NCBI GenBank assembly: GCA_002451465.1
Contig: DKCJ01000020.1
Span: 52,777 to 113,676, forward strand
Length of the DNA stretch: 60,900 bases
Direction of reading: 5' to 3'
Source: Bacillales bacterium UBA6877
GTDB taxonomy: Bacteria > Bacillota_I > Bacilli_A > RFN20 > CAG-826
Positions 25,350 through 34,985 of the stretch are shown here, in pieces (position 1 is the stretch's first letter; each line of letters opens with the position of its first letter). The position numbers and the translations under genes are program-made. The notes under the pieces are model-generated. The model had not been told where the DNA came from and made no database searches. It saw only the letters and a program-made list of their open reading frames with translations.

Positions 25350-27797
25350 ATGTTTAAAAATAAAGAAGAATTTAAAAAGGAATTTAGCGAGCGCTTAAGC
25401 GAAAAATATGGCAAAACTCCAAATGAAGCACACATTCTCGAACAATACGATATTTTAGGAGAAATGGTTAGAGATTACGCTGGAAGTGATTGGCGTAATT
25501 CTCGTGAATTTGTCTTAAAAAATGATGAAAAACAATTAATATATTTTTCAATGGAATTTTTAATTGGCAGACTCATGACTTCAAACTTAATGAATCTTGG
25601 GATTTATGGAATTTGTCGAGATGGCCTTGAAGAATTAGGCATCGATATTTCAAAACTTGAAGATGTTGAAAGTGATGCTGGTCTCGGAAATGGTGGACTT
25701 GGTAGACTTGCTGCATGCTTTTTAGATTCTATTGCAAGTTTAGGATATGTTGGCCATGGAAACTGTATTCGTTATGAATATGGATTCTTTAAACAAAAAA
25801 TCGTTAACGAAAAACAAATTGAAACTCCAGATCAATGGTTAACTAATGGTTATGTTTGGGAAGTAAGAAAACCAAAACACGCTGTCGAAGTTTCATTTTA
25901 TGGTACTGCTGAAACTTACCTTAAACCAAATGGTGGATATGGAATACGTACAGTTGGCGCTACTAAAGTACTTGCTATGCCATATGATGTTTCAATTGTA
26001 GGATATCGTAACAACCTTGCTAATACTTTAAGATTATGGAGTGCTCAACCAAGTGAAGCAAATCTCCCAAATAATATAAGTTTTGAAGATTATTTAACTA
26101 CTCTTAAAGAACTTTGTCATGGTCTTTATCCAGATGATTCAACTGAACATGGTAAATTATTAAGATTACGTCAACAATATTTCTTTGTTAGTGCTGGTCT
26201 TCAAAGTTTAATGCGTGGTTTTTTAAGAAGACATGGAAGTTTAGATGATTTCTATAAGAAAACTGTCTTCCAATTAAATGATACCCATCCAATACTTGCT
26301 ATTCCTGAAATGATGAGACTTTTAATGGATGAATATGGATATGGTTGGGATGAAGCTTATAATCAAGTAAGTCATGCCTTTGCCTATACAAACCATACAA
26401 TTATGCCAGAAGCATTAGAAAAATGGCCTGTTCAATATATTCAAAGACTTGTTCCACGTTGCTACATGATTATTGAAGAAATTCAACGTAGAATGCTTAT
26501 TTGGATGAGTAGTGTTGGTGTTAGTGAAGAAGAAAAAAATAACATGCTAATCATTAAAGATGGTTTTGTTAGAATGACAAACCTTGCTATTTATTGCGCA
26601 TATAGTGTTAATGGTGTTGCAGCAATTCATACTGAAATTTTAAAGAAAGTTACATTTAAAGAATTCTATAAATACTTCCCAGAAAAATTCCATAATGAAA
26701 CAAATGGCGTCACGCATCGTAGATGGTTAATGTATGCAAATGAAGAATTAAGTCAATTAATAACTGAAAAAATTGGCGATAAATGGATTAAAAATCCTGA
26801 AAATTATCTTGAAGATTTTGCTAAATTTAAAGATGATAAAGTCGTTCTCCAACGTCTTGAAGAAATAAAGTTCAAAAATAAACAAAAACTTGCTAAGTTT
26901 ATTTTTGATAATTATGGTATTGAAGTTGATCCTAATTCAATCTTTGATGTACAAATTAAGAGATTACATGCTTATAAACGTCAATTAATGAATGTTTTAA
27001 GAATTATGATTTTATATCATGAAATTAAAACAAACCCTAATTTTAAAATGTATCCACACACATTTATATTTGGCGCGAAAGCAGCTCCAAGTTATGTTTT
27101 TGCAAAAGAAATTATTGAACTTATAAATGCAGTTGCAAATGTTGTAAACAACGATCCTGAGGTTAGTAAATACATGAAAGTTGTTTTCATGGTAAACTAT
27201 GGCGTTTCTTTAGCTGAAAAAATAATCCCAGCAGCAGATATTAGTGAACAAATTTCAACCGCTGGAAAAGAAGCTAGCGGAACAAGTAATATGAAATTTA
27301 TGATGAATGGTGCTTTAACATTAGGAACATTAGATGGTGCAAATGTTGAAATTCTTGAAAGAGTCGGAAATGACAATGCCTTTATATTTGGTTTAAAAGT
27401 TGAAGACATTGAAAAACTTACCAAAACAGGCGTCTATAATGCCTGGGAGGAATACAATAATAATATGAAATTAAGATGGGCTCTTGACTCATTATTCAAT
27501 GGTCCATGGTGTGAAAATATCCCAGAAAGATTTAAAGGTATCTTTAATGAACTTATGAATCATAACGATGAATACTTTATATTTAAAGATTTACCAGCTT
27601 TTCTTGAAGCTTCTAAAAATATTGAAGATTATTATCAAAATAAAACTGCTTGGTATAAATCTTGCTTAATTAATATCGCAAAATCTGGTTATTTCTCAAG
27701 TGATAGAACTATTGAATCTTATAATAAAGACATATGGCATTTAAACAAAATCGATCCTGTAATGCTTGATGAACAAATAAAGAAAAATAGTTTATAA
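25350..27797 (+). CDS. glgP: glycogen/maltodextrin phosphorylase (GT35)
   Basis: Full-length GT35 with PLP-lysine region EASGTSNMKFMMNGALTLGTLDGANVE. Confidence 0.95.
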   Translation: MFKNKEEFKKEFSERLSEKYGKTPNEAHILEQYDILGEMVRDYAGSDWRNSREFVLKNDEKQLIYFSMEFLIGRLMTSNLMNLGIYGICRDGLEELGIDISKLEDVESDAGLGNGGLGRLAACFLDSIASLGYVGHGNCIRYEYGFFKQKIVNEKQIETPDQWLTNGYVWEVRKPKHAVEVSFYGTAETYLKPNGGYGIRTVGATKVLAMPYDVSIVGYRNNLANTLRLWSAQPSEANLPNNISFEDYLTTLKELCHGLYPDDSTEHGKLLRLRQQYFFVSAGLQSLMRGFLRRHGSLDDFYKKTVFQLNDTHPILAIPEMMRLLMDEYGYGWDEAYNQVSHAFAYTNHTIMPEALEKWPVQYIQRLVPRCYMIIEEIQRRMLIWMSSVGVSEEEKNNMLIIKDGFVRMTNLAIYCAYSVNGVAAIHTEILKKVTFKEFYKYFPEKFHNETNGVTHRRWLMYANEELSQLITEKIGDKWIKNPENYLEDFAKFKDDKVVLQRLEEIKFKNKQKLAKFIFDNYGIEVDPNSIFDVQIKRLHAYKRQLMNVLRIMILYHEIKTNPNFKMYPHTFIFGAKAAPSYVFAKEIIELINAVANVVNNDPEVSKYMKVVFMVNYGVSLAEKIIPAADISEQISTAGKEASGTSNMKFMMNGALTLGTLDGANVEILERVGNDNAFIFGLKVEDIEKLTKTGVYNAWEEYNNNMKLRWALDSLFNGPWCENIPERFKGIFNELMNHNDEYFIFKDLPAFLEASKNIEDYYQNKTAWYKSCLINIAKSGYFSSDRTIESYNKDIWHLNKIDPVMLDEQIKKNSL

Positions 27798-27804
27798 AAA
27801 ACAA

Positions 27805-27838
27805 AATGCTTTCAACAGAAAATTGAGAGCATTTTTTT
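27805..27838. terminator. hairpin terminator between convergent glgP and the S-component gene
   Basis: AATGCTTTCAA-cagaaaa-TTGAGAGCATT followed by TTTTTT. Confidence 0.7.
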
Positions 27839-27857
27839 ATTAAAAAATAAATATTTA

Positions 27858-28382
27858 TTAGTTATTAAGAGAACTATTTTTAAATTTGTCTAAACTTAAT
27901 TTCTCAAAAACTTTTAATAAAACAATTGATATAATTGTCCCGGCAATACCTTGTATTAAGTCAAATAATGAATTAACAAGATACGAAGAACCATACATTA
28001 TTAAATAAGCAACCATGTAAGTTAAAACCATAAAAAGTGGTGCAATAATACATGAAATGTATTTTAAATACTTATGTTTATTAAGTATTTTATAAATTAA
28101 ATAACAACTAATAGACTCAAGTGCTTTAGCACATATTGTAAAAGGAATAAAATTCGCAGCACCAGCAGTTAAATCAGCCATAGCACAAGCAAAAATAGCT
28201 GAAAAAACACCTTCAATTGGACCAACAAAGATAGTTGTAAACATTATTAAGCCATCACTAAAATTCAAATAACCAGAACCACCTGCATAAACTATTGGTA
28301 AAAAAGCTGTCACAACATAAATAAGAGCCGTCATTAAAGCAGCTAATGTTATCTTTAAAATAATAAATCTTGATTTAGACAT
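27858..28382 (-). CDS. small 5-6 TM protein, probable ECF-transporter S component (substrate unknown)
   Basis: Size of 174 aa and the pattern VGPIEGVFSAIFACAMADL...FIPFTICAKALES, which resembles S components. No ECF A/T genes are in the window. Confidence 0.5.
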   Translation of the reverse strand: MSKSRFIILKITLAALMTALIYVVTAFLPIVYAGGSGYLNFSDGLIMFTTIFVGPIEGVFSAIFACAMADLTAGAANFIPFTICAKALESISCYLIYKILNKHKYLKYISCIIAPLFMVLTYMVAYLIMYGSSYLVNSLFDLIQGIAGTIISIVLLKVFEKLSLDKFKNSSLNN

Positions 28383-28384
28383 AA

Positions 28385-28972
28385 TTATTTACTCTTTGTT
28401 TTTTTAAAGAGCTTCTTTTTAGTTGGTTTTTTATTGTTTAACTTAGAGTATTCAGTATTTTTTTCAATTTTCTTAAGCTCTAATTCTTTCTTTTCTTCTT
28501 TTTCCTTAAAATAGGCATCAACTAATTCTTTATTAGTTGGATCAATTAATTTATCAATCTCATCAATTGTATAGCAGTTTACACCATTTTCTATTAAAAG
28601 TTGAGTGGTGTAACCAGGTTCATCAACTAATCCACCATTAAAATTACCATTATGAATTTGATGAACACCACAAGAAGGAGATTTATCGACTAATACCGCC
28701 TTCTTAATATGAAGATATCTAACAACATTTAAAACCGATTCAGCACCTTTTTCGAAATATTTAGTTACATTTCGACCATTTTGATTTATTACTATTCCGT
28801 TTTTTATTTCACTTGGTAATCTAGGAGTGCCCATTCCACCAAGAACCTCAGGACAAACAGGAACAATATTAAAATGCTCTCTTAAAAATTTAACTTTTGC
28901 ATTGTAGTTATCTTTGCCATCGTAACGGCATTTATCGCCTAATAAACATGCACTTACAATAATAGTTTCCAT
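28385..28972 (-). CDS. DUF523 family protein (TudS-like [4Fe-4S] thio-nucleobase desulfidase family) with a Lys-rich C-terminal tail
   Basis: SACLLGDKCRYDG, VPVCPEVLGGMGTPRLPSE and SPSCG cysteine motifs. The last ~55 residues are Lys/Glu-rich. Confidence 0.7.
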   Translation of the reverse strand: METIIVSACLLGDKCRYDGKDNYNAKVKFLREHFNIVPVCPEVLGGMGTPRLPSEIKNGIVINQNGRNVTKYFEKGAESVLNVVRYLHIKKAVLVDKSPSCGVHQIHNGNFNGGLVDEPGYTTQLLIENGVNCYTIDEIDKLIDPTNKELVDAYFKEKEEKKELELKKIEKNTEYSKLNNKKPTKKKLFKKTKSK

Positions 28973-29027
28973 TTTAATTCCTTTCGTCGCTTTAAATATT
29001 ATATTGATTTATTTATAATAATTCCAT

Positions 29028-29657
29028 ATGAAAAAAGAAACCTTTTTAAATATAAATGGTAAAAGTTTTAAAGCAATCATTGAATATAAAAGAATGAAAT
29101 ATATTAGATGGAATATAAGAGATAATGTTTTTTATATTCGTTGTCCTTATGGTACATCAAAAACATATTTAGAAAACGCACTTTCAAATTATAAATATAA
29201 AACTAGACCTAAGCTTCCTGAACCATTTACCAACGAATATTGCTATATATTTGGCGAAAAACAATATTTTAACGCATGTTTTGTCAAAATAAATGGTCAC
29301 TATATTTTATTTAATAAGGAAACTTTTTATGAAGATATTAAACCAATATTTAAAGATTATATTGAAACAAGATTAAGATATTTTGAAAATGTTATGGGGA
29401 TAAAAACCCATTACTTGTTGTCAATTAAAAAAGTAAAATCAATATATGGTAGCAATAGTAAGAGTAGTCATAAAATAACAATCAATTCTTTTTTAATACA
29501 TTTTTCAAAAGATATTATTGATTCAATAATTATTCATGAATTAGCCCATGATTTTCAAAGAAATCATTCAAGTATGTTCTATGAGATTGTATATAAGTAT
29601 TGTCCCAACTATGACTACTTGCAACATAAATTGAAAAAAATATATTTTAGGAGTTAA
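29028..29657 (+). CDS. YgjP-like (DUF45) predicted metal-dependent hydrolase
   Basis: C-terminal IIHELAHDFQRNHSSMFYEIV zinc-binding motif. Confidence 0.7.
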   Translation: MKKETFLNINGKSFKAIIEYKRMKYIRWNIRDNVFYIRCPYGTSKTYLENALSNYKYKTRPKLPEPFTNEYCYIFGEKQYFNACFVKINGHYILFNKETFYEDIKPIFKDYIETRLRYFENVMGIKTHYLLSIKKVKSIYGSNSKSSHKITINSFLIHFSKDIIDSIIIHELAHDFQRNHSSMFYEIVYKYCPNYDYLQHKLKKIYFRS

Positions 29658-29666
29658 ATAGTAGTA

Positions 29667-30407
29667 ATGATTAAGTATATAACTAGTAGAAAAAATGAAA
29701 TCGTTAAAAAAACTATCGATTTAAAAAATAGCAAAACACAAAATAATGAGAAAAAATTTATTATCGAAGGCGAACATCTTTTAGAAATGGCTAATAAAGC
29801 TAATAATATTTGCTATGTAATTACTTCAAAACATATTAATTATATTAACCAAGATATCGATCAATATATTGTTACTGAAGATATCTTAAATAAAATAAGT
29901 AGCCAAAAATCAGCACCTAGTGTTATTGCAATTTGTAGTTTCGTTAACGAAAACGTTGATGAAGAAAAAAATCTAATTTATCTAGATAAAGTTCAAGATC
30001 CAGGAAACGTAGGAACAATTTTAAGAACTGCTCTTGCTTTTTCCTTTTTTAATGTATTAATAAGTAATGATTCAGCTAATAAATATAATGAAAAAACAAT
30101 TCAAGCTTCTCAAGGCGCAATCTTTAATTTAAATATAAAAACAATAGATTATTCATATATCAAAAAACTTAAGACAGTGGGCTATAAAATTGTCGTAACA
30201 ACATTGAATAAAGATTCGATAAAATTGAATGATTTTAAATTAAAAAATGATGAAAAATATGTTTTTGTCTTTGGAAGTGAAGGCAAAGGTGTGAGACAAG
30301 AAATTATTGATTTAGCCGATATTAAAGTTTTTATCGAAATTAATAATATAGATTCTTTAAATGTTGGTATCGCTGCAGGAATTTTTTTATATAATTTTAA
30401 AAACTAA
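29667..30407 (+). CDS. TrmH/SpoU family RNA 2'-O-methyltransferase (YsgA-like position upstream of pheS)
   Basis: SpoU motifs VQDPGNVGTILRTA, VFGSEGKGV and SLNVGIAAGIFLY. Confidence 0.8.
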   Translation: MIKYITSRKNEIVKKTIDLKNSKTQNNEKKFIIEGEHLLEMANKANNICYVITSKHINYINQDIDQYIVTEDILNKISSQKSAPSVIAICSFVNENVDEEKNLIYLDKVQDPGNVGTILRTALAFSFFNVLISNDSANKYNEKTIQASQGAIFNLNIKTIDYSYIKKLKTVGYKIVVTTLNKDSIKLNDFKLKNDEKYVFVFGSEGKGVRQEIIDLADIKVFIEINNIDSLNVGIAAGIFLYNFKN

Positions 30408-30453
30408 TTTTACAAGATACTTTGATAAAATTATTCTTTAAAAAAATTAATAA

Positions 30454-30462
30454 TGTTATAAT
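30454..30462 (+). promoter_or_regulatory. extended -10 promoter element (TGtTATAAT) for the Phe T-box leader
   Basis: Read directly. There is no good -35. Confidence 0.45.
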
Positions 30463-30471
30463 AAAAAAGCG

Positions 30472-30662
30472 TTGATAAGGAGTAGTACTAAGTTAGATTG
30501 TTTTATAGAGAGAAATAGATGGTGGAACTATTTCAAACAAAACTTACGAATTCGCCTTTGAGCTGGTTTATAAACCCGCACATATGCGTTAAATATGCAA
30601 TTAAGTATTAAAGAATTAGGATGGTACCGCGATAAATTCGCTCCTAACTAGTTCTTTTTTTA
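30472..30662 (+). promoter_or_regulatory. T-box riboswitch leader, Phe specifier (UUC at 30551..30553)
   Basis: Stem I elements TTGATAAG...AGTA, AGAGA and GGTGGAA. Specifier context GAA-TTC-G. T-box sequence AATTAGGATGGTACCGCG at 30614..30631, followed by a TTAGGA/TCCTAA helix and a T-tract at 30654..30661. Confidence 0.85.
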
Positions 30663-30679
30663 TTAAGAAGGAGAATTTT

Positions 30680-30940
30680 ATGGCAGAAAAATTAGAATTT
30701 AAATTTGATACTCAGTTATTAATTAATGGACATGATCTTGATGAAAATAAGATTAATGATTACATTACAAAACACTTTAAAGGTGATTGTTTAATTGCTG
30801 TTGGTGATGATACTTTAATAAAAATACATTTTCATACAAATGAGCCTTGGAAAATTTTAGAGTATGCTCAATCTATAGGTGATATTAGTGATGTTGTTGT
30901 TGAAAATATGCAACGTCAAGCCGAAGGTTTAAAAGGTTAA
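30680..30940 (+). CDS. 86-aa protein resembling an internal segment of FakA/YloV (DAK2-fusion) proteins
   Basis: GDCLIAVGDDTLIKIHFHTNEPWKILEYAQSIGDISDVVVENMQRQ resembles, from memory, the GDSL-VVG-D-IKVHVHTN-PG...NM--Q segment of FakA-type proteins. Strong SD AAGGAG. Confidence 0.6.
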   Translation: MAEKLEFKFDTQLLINGHDLDENKINDYITKHFKGDCLIAVGDDTLIKIHFHTNEPWKILEYAQSIGDISDVVVENMQRQAEGLKG

Positions 30941-30949
30941 TTTATATAT

Positions 30950-31993
30950 ATGGAAGATAATAATATTGAGTCAATCGTTAATGATGCAATAGAAAAAGTT
31001 AAAAATGCTGATTCTATCGAAAAAATTAACGAAATCAGAAATAAATTTCTTTCTAAAAAAGGTATTATTTCAAGTTTAATGCTCAAAATGAAAGAATTAG
31101 CAGTAGAAGAAAAGAAAAAATACGGTCAAATTGTTAATTCCGCAAAGAAAACAGTTGAAGATGCATTAAATAATAAATTAGAAGAAGTAAAAAGTTTAGA
31201 AATTAAAAAACAACTCGAAAAAGAATCAATCGATATAACTTTACCTGGAAAAAATTATGAATCCGGAAAAGAAAATCCATTTTATAAAGTTCTTCGTGAA
31301 ATTGAAGATATTTTTATTAGTATGGGGTATGAAGTTCATGATGGTCCAGAAATTGTTACTGATGAATACAACTTTGAATTGGTAAATATTCCAAAAGACC
31401 ATCCAGCTAGAGATATGCAAGATTCTTTTTATATTAATGATAATTTACTATTAAGGACACAAACCAGTTCGATGCAACCCGAAATTATGCGTTTAGCGAA
31501 AGGTAAACCTATCAAGGTTATTTGCCCTGGTAAATGCTATCGTCGTGACGATGATGATATGACGCATAGTCATCAATTCGCCCAAGTAGAAGGACTTGTT
31601 ATTGATAAAAATATTAATATGGCAAGTTTAAAGGGTACTTTAGAATTATTTGCTAAACAAATGTTTTCAAAGGACTCAAAAGTTAGGTTTAGATCATCAT
31701 ATTTTCCATTTACAGAACCATCTGTAGAAGTTGATATATCTTGTTTTAAATGTCATGGAAAAGGTTGTCCAACATGCAAAGGTAGTGGATGGATTGAGAT
31801 TTTAGGTGCTGGGATGGTTCATCCTAATGTTTTAAAAATGTCAGGATACGATCCAGAGGTTTATAGCGGTTTTGCTTTTGGCGTTGGTATTGATAGAGTT
31901 GCTATGTTACGTTATGGGATAGATGACATTCGTAGAATCTATTCTAACGACGTAAGATTTATTAAGCAATTTAACAAGAAAATCGAGGATTAA
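30950..31993 (+). CDS. pheS: phenylalanine--tRNA ligase alpha subunit
   Basis: Class II motifs FYINDNLLLRTQTS, FRSSYFPFTEPS and GFAFGVGIDR. Confidence 0.95.
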   Translation: MEDNNIESIVNDAIEKVKNADSIEKINEIRNKFLSKKGIISSLMLKMKELAVEEKKKYGQIVNSAKKTVEDALNNKLEEVKSLEIKKQLEKESIDITLPGKNYESGKENPFYKVLREIEDIFISMGYEVHDGPEIVTDEYNFELVNIPKDHPARDMQDSFYINDNLLLRTQTSSMQPEIMRLAKGKPIKVICPGKCYRRDDDDMTHSHQFAQVEGLVIDKNINMASLKGTLELFAKQMFSKDSKVRFRSSYFPFTEPSVEVDISCFKCHGKGCPTCKGSGWIEILGAGMVHPNVLKMSGYDPEVYSGFAFGVGIDRVAMLRYGIDDIRRIYSNDVRFIKQFNKKIED

Positions 31994-31996
31994 TTT

Positions 31997-34387
31997 ATGT
32001 TAGTATCATTAAAAGAAATAAGTAAATATGTAGATATTAGCGATTTAACTCCAGAACAAATTGCTGCAAAGTTAACATCCGCCGGCATAGAAGTTGAAGG
32101 TATAAAACATCTTTCAAATGCAACAAATTTAGTAATTGGACATATTTTAAAATGCGATAAACACCCAGATAGCGATCATTTACATGTTAACCAAATTGAT
32201 ATTGGAAGCGAAATTATACAAGTAGTGTGTGGCGCTCCTAATTGTCGTGAAGGATTAAACGTAATTGTAGCTAGACCTGGCGCTATTCTTCCAGGGAACA
32301 AAAAAATTGAAAAAGGTGTCATTCGCGGCATTGAAAGTGATGGGATGTGCTGTGCATTAAATGAAATAGGTGTTGATCCAAAAAATTTAAGACCTGAGCA
32401 AATAAGCGGAATTGAAGAACTATCAAAAGACGCTCCTATTGGAGAAACTAACGTTCTAAAATATCTTGGCTTAGATGATTCAATACTTGATCTTTCATTA
32501 CTTGCTAACAGAAGTGATGCCTATTCTTTATATAATGTTGCAAGAGAAATCGGGGCTTTATTCAATAAAAAAGTTTCAATACCAGTATATAGTAGTAATA
32601 ATTTAGTAGATAATGAGTATTTTGTTAGTTCAACAACTGCAAATTGTAAACAATTCGCAATTCGATATTTTGAAAATGTTTCTACACATGAATCAAAAAA
32701 AGAATTATCTGACATTTTAAGAAATGAAGATATTCGCTCGATTGATAATATAGTTGATATTGGAAATTATGCAATGCTTCTTACAGGTCAACCTATAAAC
32801 ATGTATGATGCAGACAAACTTCCAAAAAAAGAATTAATTGTCAAAGATGATTATGAAGGCGAAGTCGTTGCAATGGATGGGAAAACATATTCTATCAAAA
32901 AAGGCGATTTAGTTGTAACAAGTGGTGGTGAAGTCATGTGCATTGCCGGAATAATGACCACAAAAGCTTGTGAAGTCACTAATGAAACTAAAAATATACT
33001 TGTTGAGGTTGCCAATTTTTATGGTCCACAAATTAGAAAAACAAGCATAAGACTCGGATTATCAAGCGATTCTTCACAAAGATTTATAAAAGGCATTAAT
33101 CCAAATCAAGTTGAAAAAGTAATGAATCTTATTACTCATTTAATGAGTGAATATTCTTCTTTTTCATCAGTTTCAAAAACTAACAATTATGATGTTTTAA
33201 ATTATAAGCAAAAGGAAATTTCTTGTACTTTTGAATATATTAATAAAAGATTAGGAACTAAATTTGATAAAGAAAACATCATAAATACCTTAAATAAGCT
33301 TTATATTGAGACAAAAAATATTGATGACAATAGTTTTATTGCTGTTATTCCGGACTTTAGGATTGATATAGAAGGTAAAGCCGATCTAAGTGAAGAAATT
33401 ATACGTTATAATGGCTTTGAAAATATCAAATCTGTTCTTCCTGAAATGGAAACAACAGTAGGAGGAATGGTTGGTTTTGGTAAAAAAGAAAAAGTTGTTG
33501 CCGATTATCTTTTAGATCGTGGTCTTTATAGAATTATAAGTTATACTTTGATAAACAAAACTGACAGCGAAACATTTAACATTCTTAACAAAAACGAAGG
33601 ATATCAAGTATTACATCCTTTAACAGAGGATCATAAATATATTCGTACAAATTTATTAAGTTCAATGCTTAGAACTGTTCAATATAATTATAATCATCAA
33701 AATAAAAACTTTGGTTTATTTGAAATTTCTCAAGTAAATGATACAAAGGGCTTAACAAATCACTTAGCAATTTGTCTTTGTGGTAAAAAATTTATTCAAG
33801 ATGAACTTGGTCAAGTATCATATGATTTCTATGATATTAAAGGATACTTCGAAGGAATTGTTGAATTATTTAATATTCAATCAAGTCGTATTAGTTATGA
33901 ACGTTTAACACAATCTAATGAATTACATCCTAATAGAAGCGCCATAATTAAATTAGATAACAAACCATTTGCAGTTATTGGAGAATTATATCCAACTCTT
34001 AAAAATAAATATGACTTAAATAAAGAAGAAGTGGTGTTATTAGAAATGGATTTAAATACTTTATTCAAAACTAAGTCTGCAAATAATAAATTCACTGAAT
34101 TTAATAAGTTCCCTTCAGTTATGAGAGATTACGCATTTGTTGTTGATAATTCCATCAAGTATAGTGATATTAAAAACTTAATTAAGAAGTCTAGTTCGCT
34201 AATAAGCGATATTCATGTTTTTGATATTTATAAAGGCGAGCACCTTGAAAACAACAAAGTATCACTAGCTATAAGCGTTACGTTAGATGGCAAAGATCAT
34301 ACTTTAAAAGAAGATGAAATTAGTGCTGCTGATTTAAAAATTAGAGACACAATCTCGAATAAACTAAATGGAAGTTTGAGATCCTAA
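31997..34387 (+). CDS. pheT: phenylalanine--tRNA ligase beta subunit
   Basis: N-terminal tRNA-binding domain (HPDSDHLHVNQIDIG), B3/4 and B5 domains and a C-terminal FDX-ACB domain. Follows pheS. Confidence 0.95.
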   Translation: MLVSLKEISKYVDISDLTPEQIAAKLTSAGIEVEGIKHLSNATNLVIGHILKCDKHPDSDHLHVNQIDIGSEIIQVVCGAPNCREGLNVIVARPGAILPGNKKIEKGVIRGIESDGMCCALNEIGVDPKNLRPEQISGIEELSKDAPIGETNVLKYLGLDDSILDLSLLANRSDAYSLYNVAREIGALFNKKVSIPVYSSNNLVDNEYFVSSTTANCKQFAIRYFENVSTHESKKELSDILRNEDIRSIDNIVDIGNYAMLLTGQPINMYDADKLPKKELIVKDDYEGEVVAMDGKTYSIKKGDLVVTSGGEVMCIAGIMTTKACEVTNETKNILVEVANFYGPQIRKTSIRLGLSSDSSQRFIKGINPNQVEKVMNLITHLMSEYSSFSSVSKTNNYDVLNYKQKEISCTFEYINKRLGTKFDKENIINTLNKLYIETKNIDDNSFIAVIPDFRIDIEGKADLSEEIIRYNGFENIKSVLPEMETTVGGMVGFGKKEKVVADYLLDRGLYRIISYTLINKTDSETFNILNKNEGYQVLHPLTEDHKYIRTNLLSSMLRTVQYNYNHQNKNFGLFEISQVNDTKGLTNHLAICLCGKKFIQDELGQVSYDFYDIKGYFEGIVELFNIQSSRISYERLTQSNELHPNRSAIIKLDNKPFAVIGELYPTLKNKYDLNKEEVVLLEMDLNTLFKTKSANNKFTEFNKFPSVMRDYAFVVDNSIKYSDIKNLIKKSSSLISDIHVFDIYKGEHLENNKVSLAISVTLDGKDHTLKEDEISAADLKIRDTISNKLNGSLRS

Positions 34388-34389
34388 TT

Positions 34390-34875
34390 ATGAATATTTA
34401 TTTCAATCAAGTTAAAGATCATGATGAAGTTTCTTTTGAATCTTCCTTAGACAAATTTTTCAAGGAAGATACATTATTAAAAAAAATTAACAATTGTAAA
34501 GGAACAATAACACTTGATAAGGCTGAAAATACACTAATTATTAACTTCAATATTTTGTGCAATATTAATATTACTTCAAGTTATACAGGTGTTCCTTTTA
34601 ATAAAGAAATTAAAATTGATGATACTTTATATTTTACAAATACAAAATCTCTTGATTCAGACGACATAATTTTTGTTAAAGATTTAATAGACCTTGATTA
34701 TTATGTTTATTCATTATTAATAACTTCAATTCCAGTTGATGCTCATAAAGATGGCGAAAAACTACCAAAAGGAAAAGATTACAGAGTATTAACAGAAGAT
34801 GAATACTTAAAAGAAAAAGCTTCTAGTGGGAGTAATGCCTTCAGTGCTTTAAACGACATTGATTTTGGGGATTAA
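34390..34875 (+). CDS. DUF177 (YceD-like) protein, cysteine-less variant
   Basis: Acidic protein with DLIDLDYYVYSLLITSIP and a C-terminal NAFSALNDI motif, both typical of DUF177. Confidence 0.55.
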   Translation: MNIYFNQVKDHDEVSFESSLDKFFKEDTLLKKINNCKGTITLDKAENTLIINFNILCNINITSSYTGVPFNKEIKIDDTLYFTNTKSLDSDDIIFVKDLIDLDYYVYSLLITSIPVDAHKDGEKLPKGKDYRVLTEDEYLKEKASSGSNAFSALNDIDFGD

Positions 34876-34931
34876 ATATAATTTTAAAATTACTTAAATA
34901 AAATATCGATGTAGTCGCTTAAATTTTATAT

Positions 34932-34971
34932 AGGAATTTTTGCAAAAAGTATTGCAAAAATTCCTTTTTTT
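34932..34971 (+). terminator. rho-independent terminator after the pheST-DUF177 unit
   Basis: AGGAATTTTTGCA-aaaagtat-TGCAAAAATTCCT followed by 6 T. Confidence 0.8.
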
Positions 34972-34980
34972 ATTTACAAT
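34952..34980 (+). promoter_or_regulatory. mraZ promoter TTGCAA-17 nt-TACAAT, with its -35 embedded in the terminator hairpin
   Basis: TTGCAA at 34952..34957 and TACAAT at 34975..34980. Confidence 0.55.
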
Positions 34981-34985
34981 ATAGC

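Noticed and set aside
27197-27424. 75-aa antisense ORF in glgP
   Set aside because: Antisense to a conserved enzyme gene.
32521-34095. Two antisense ORFs in pheT (32521..32715 and 33895..34095)
   Set aside because: Antisense overlaps without signals.
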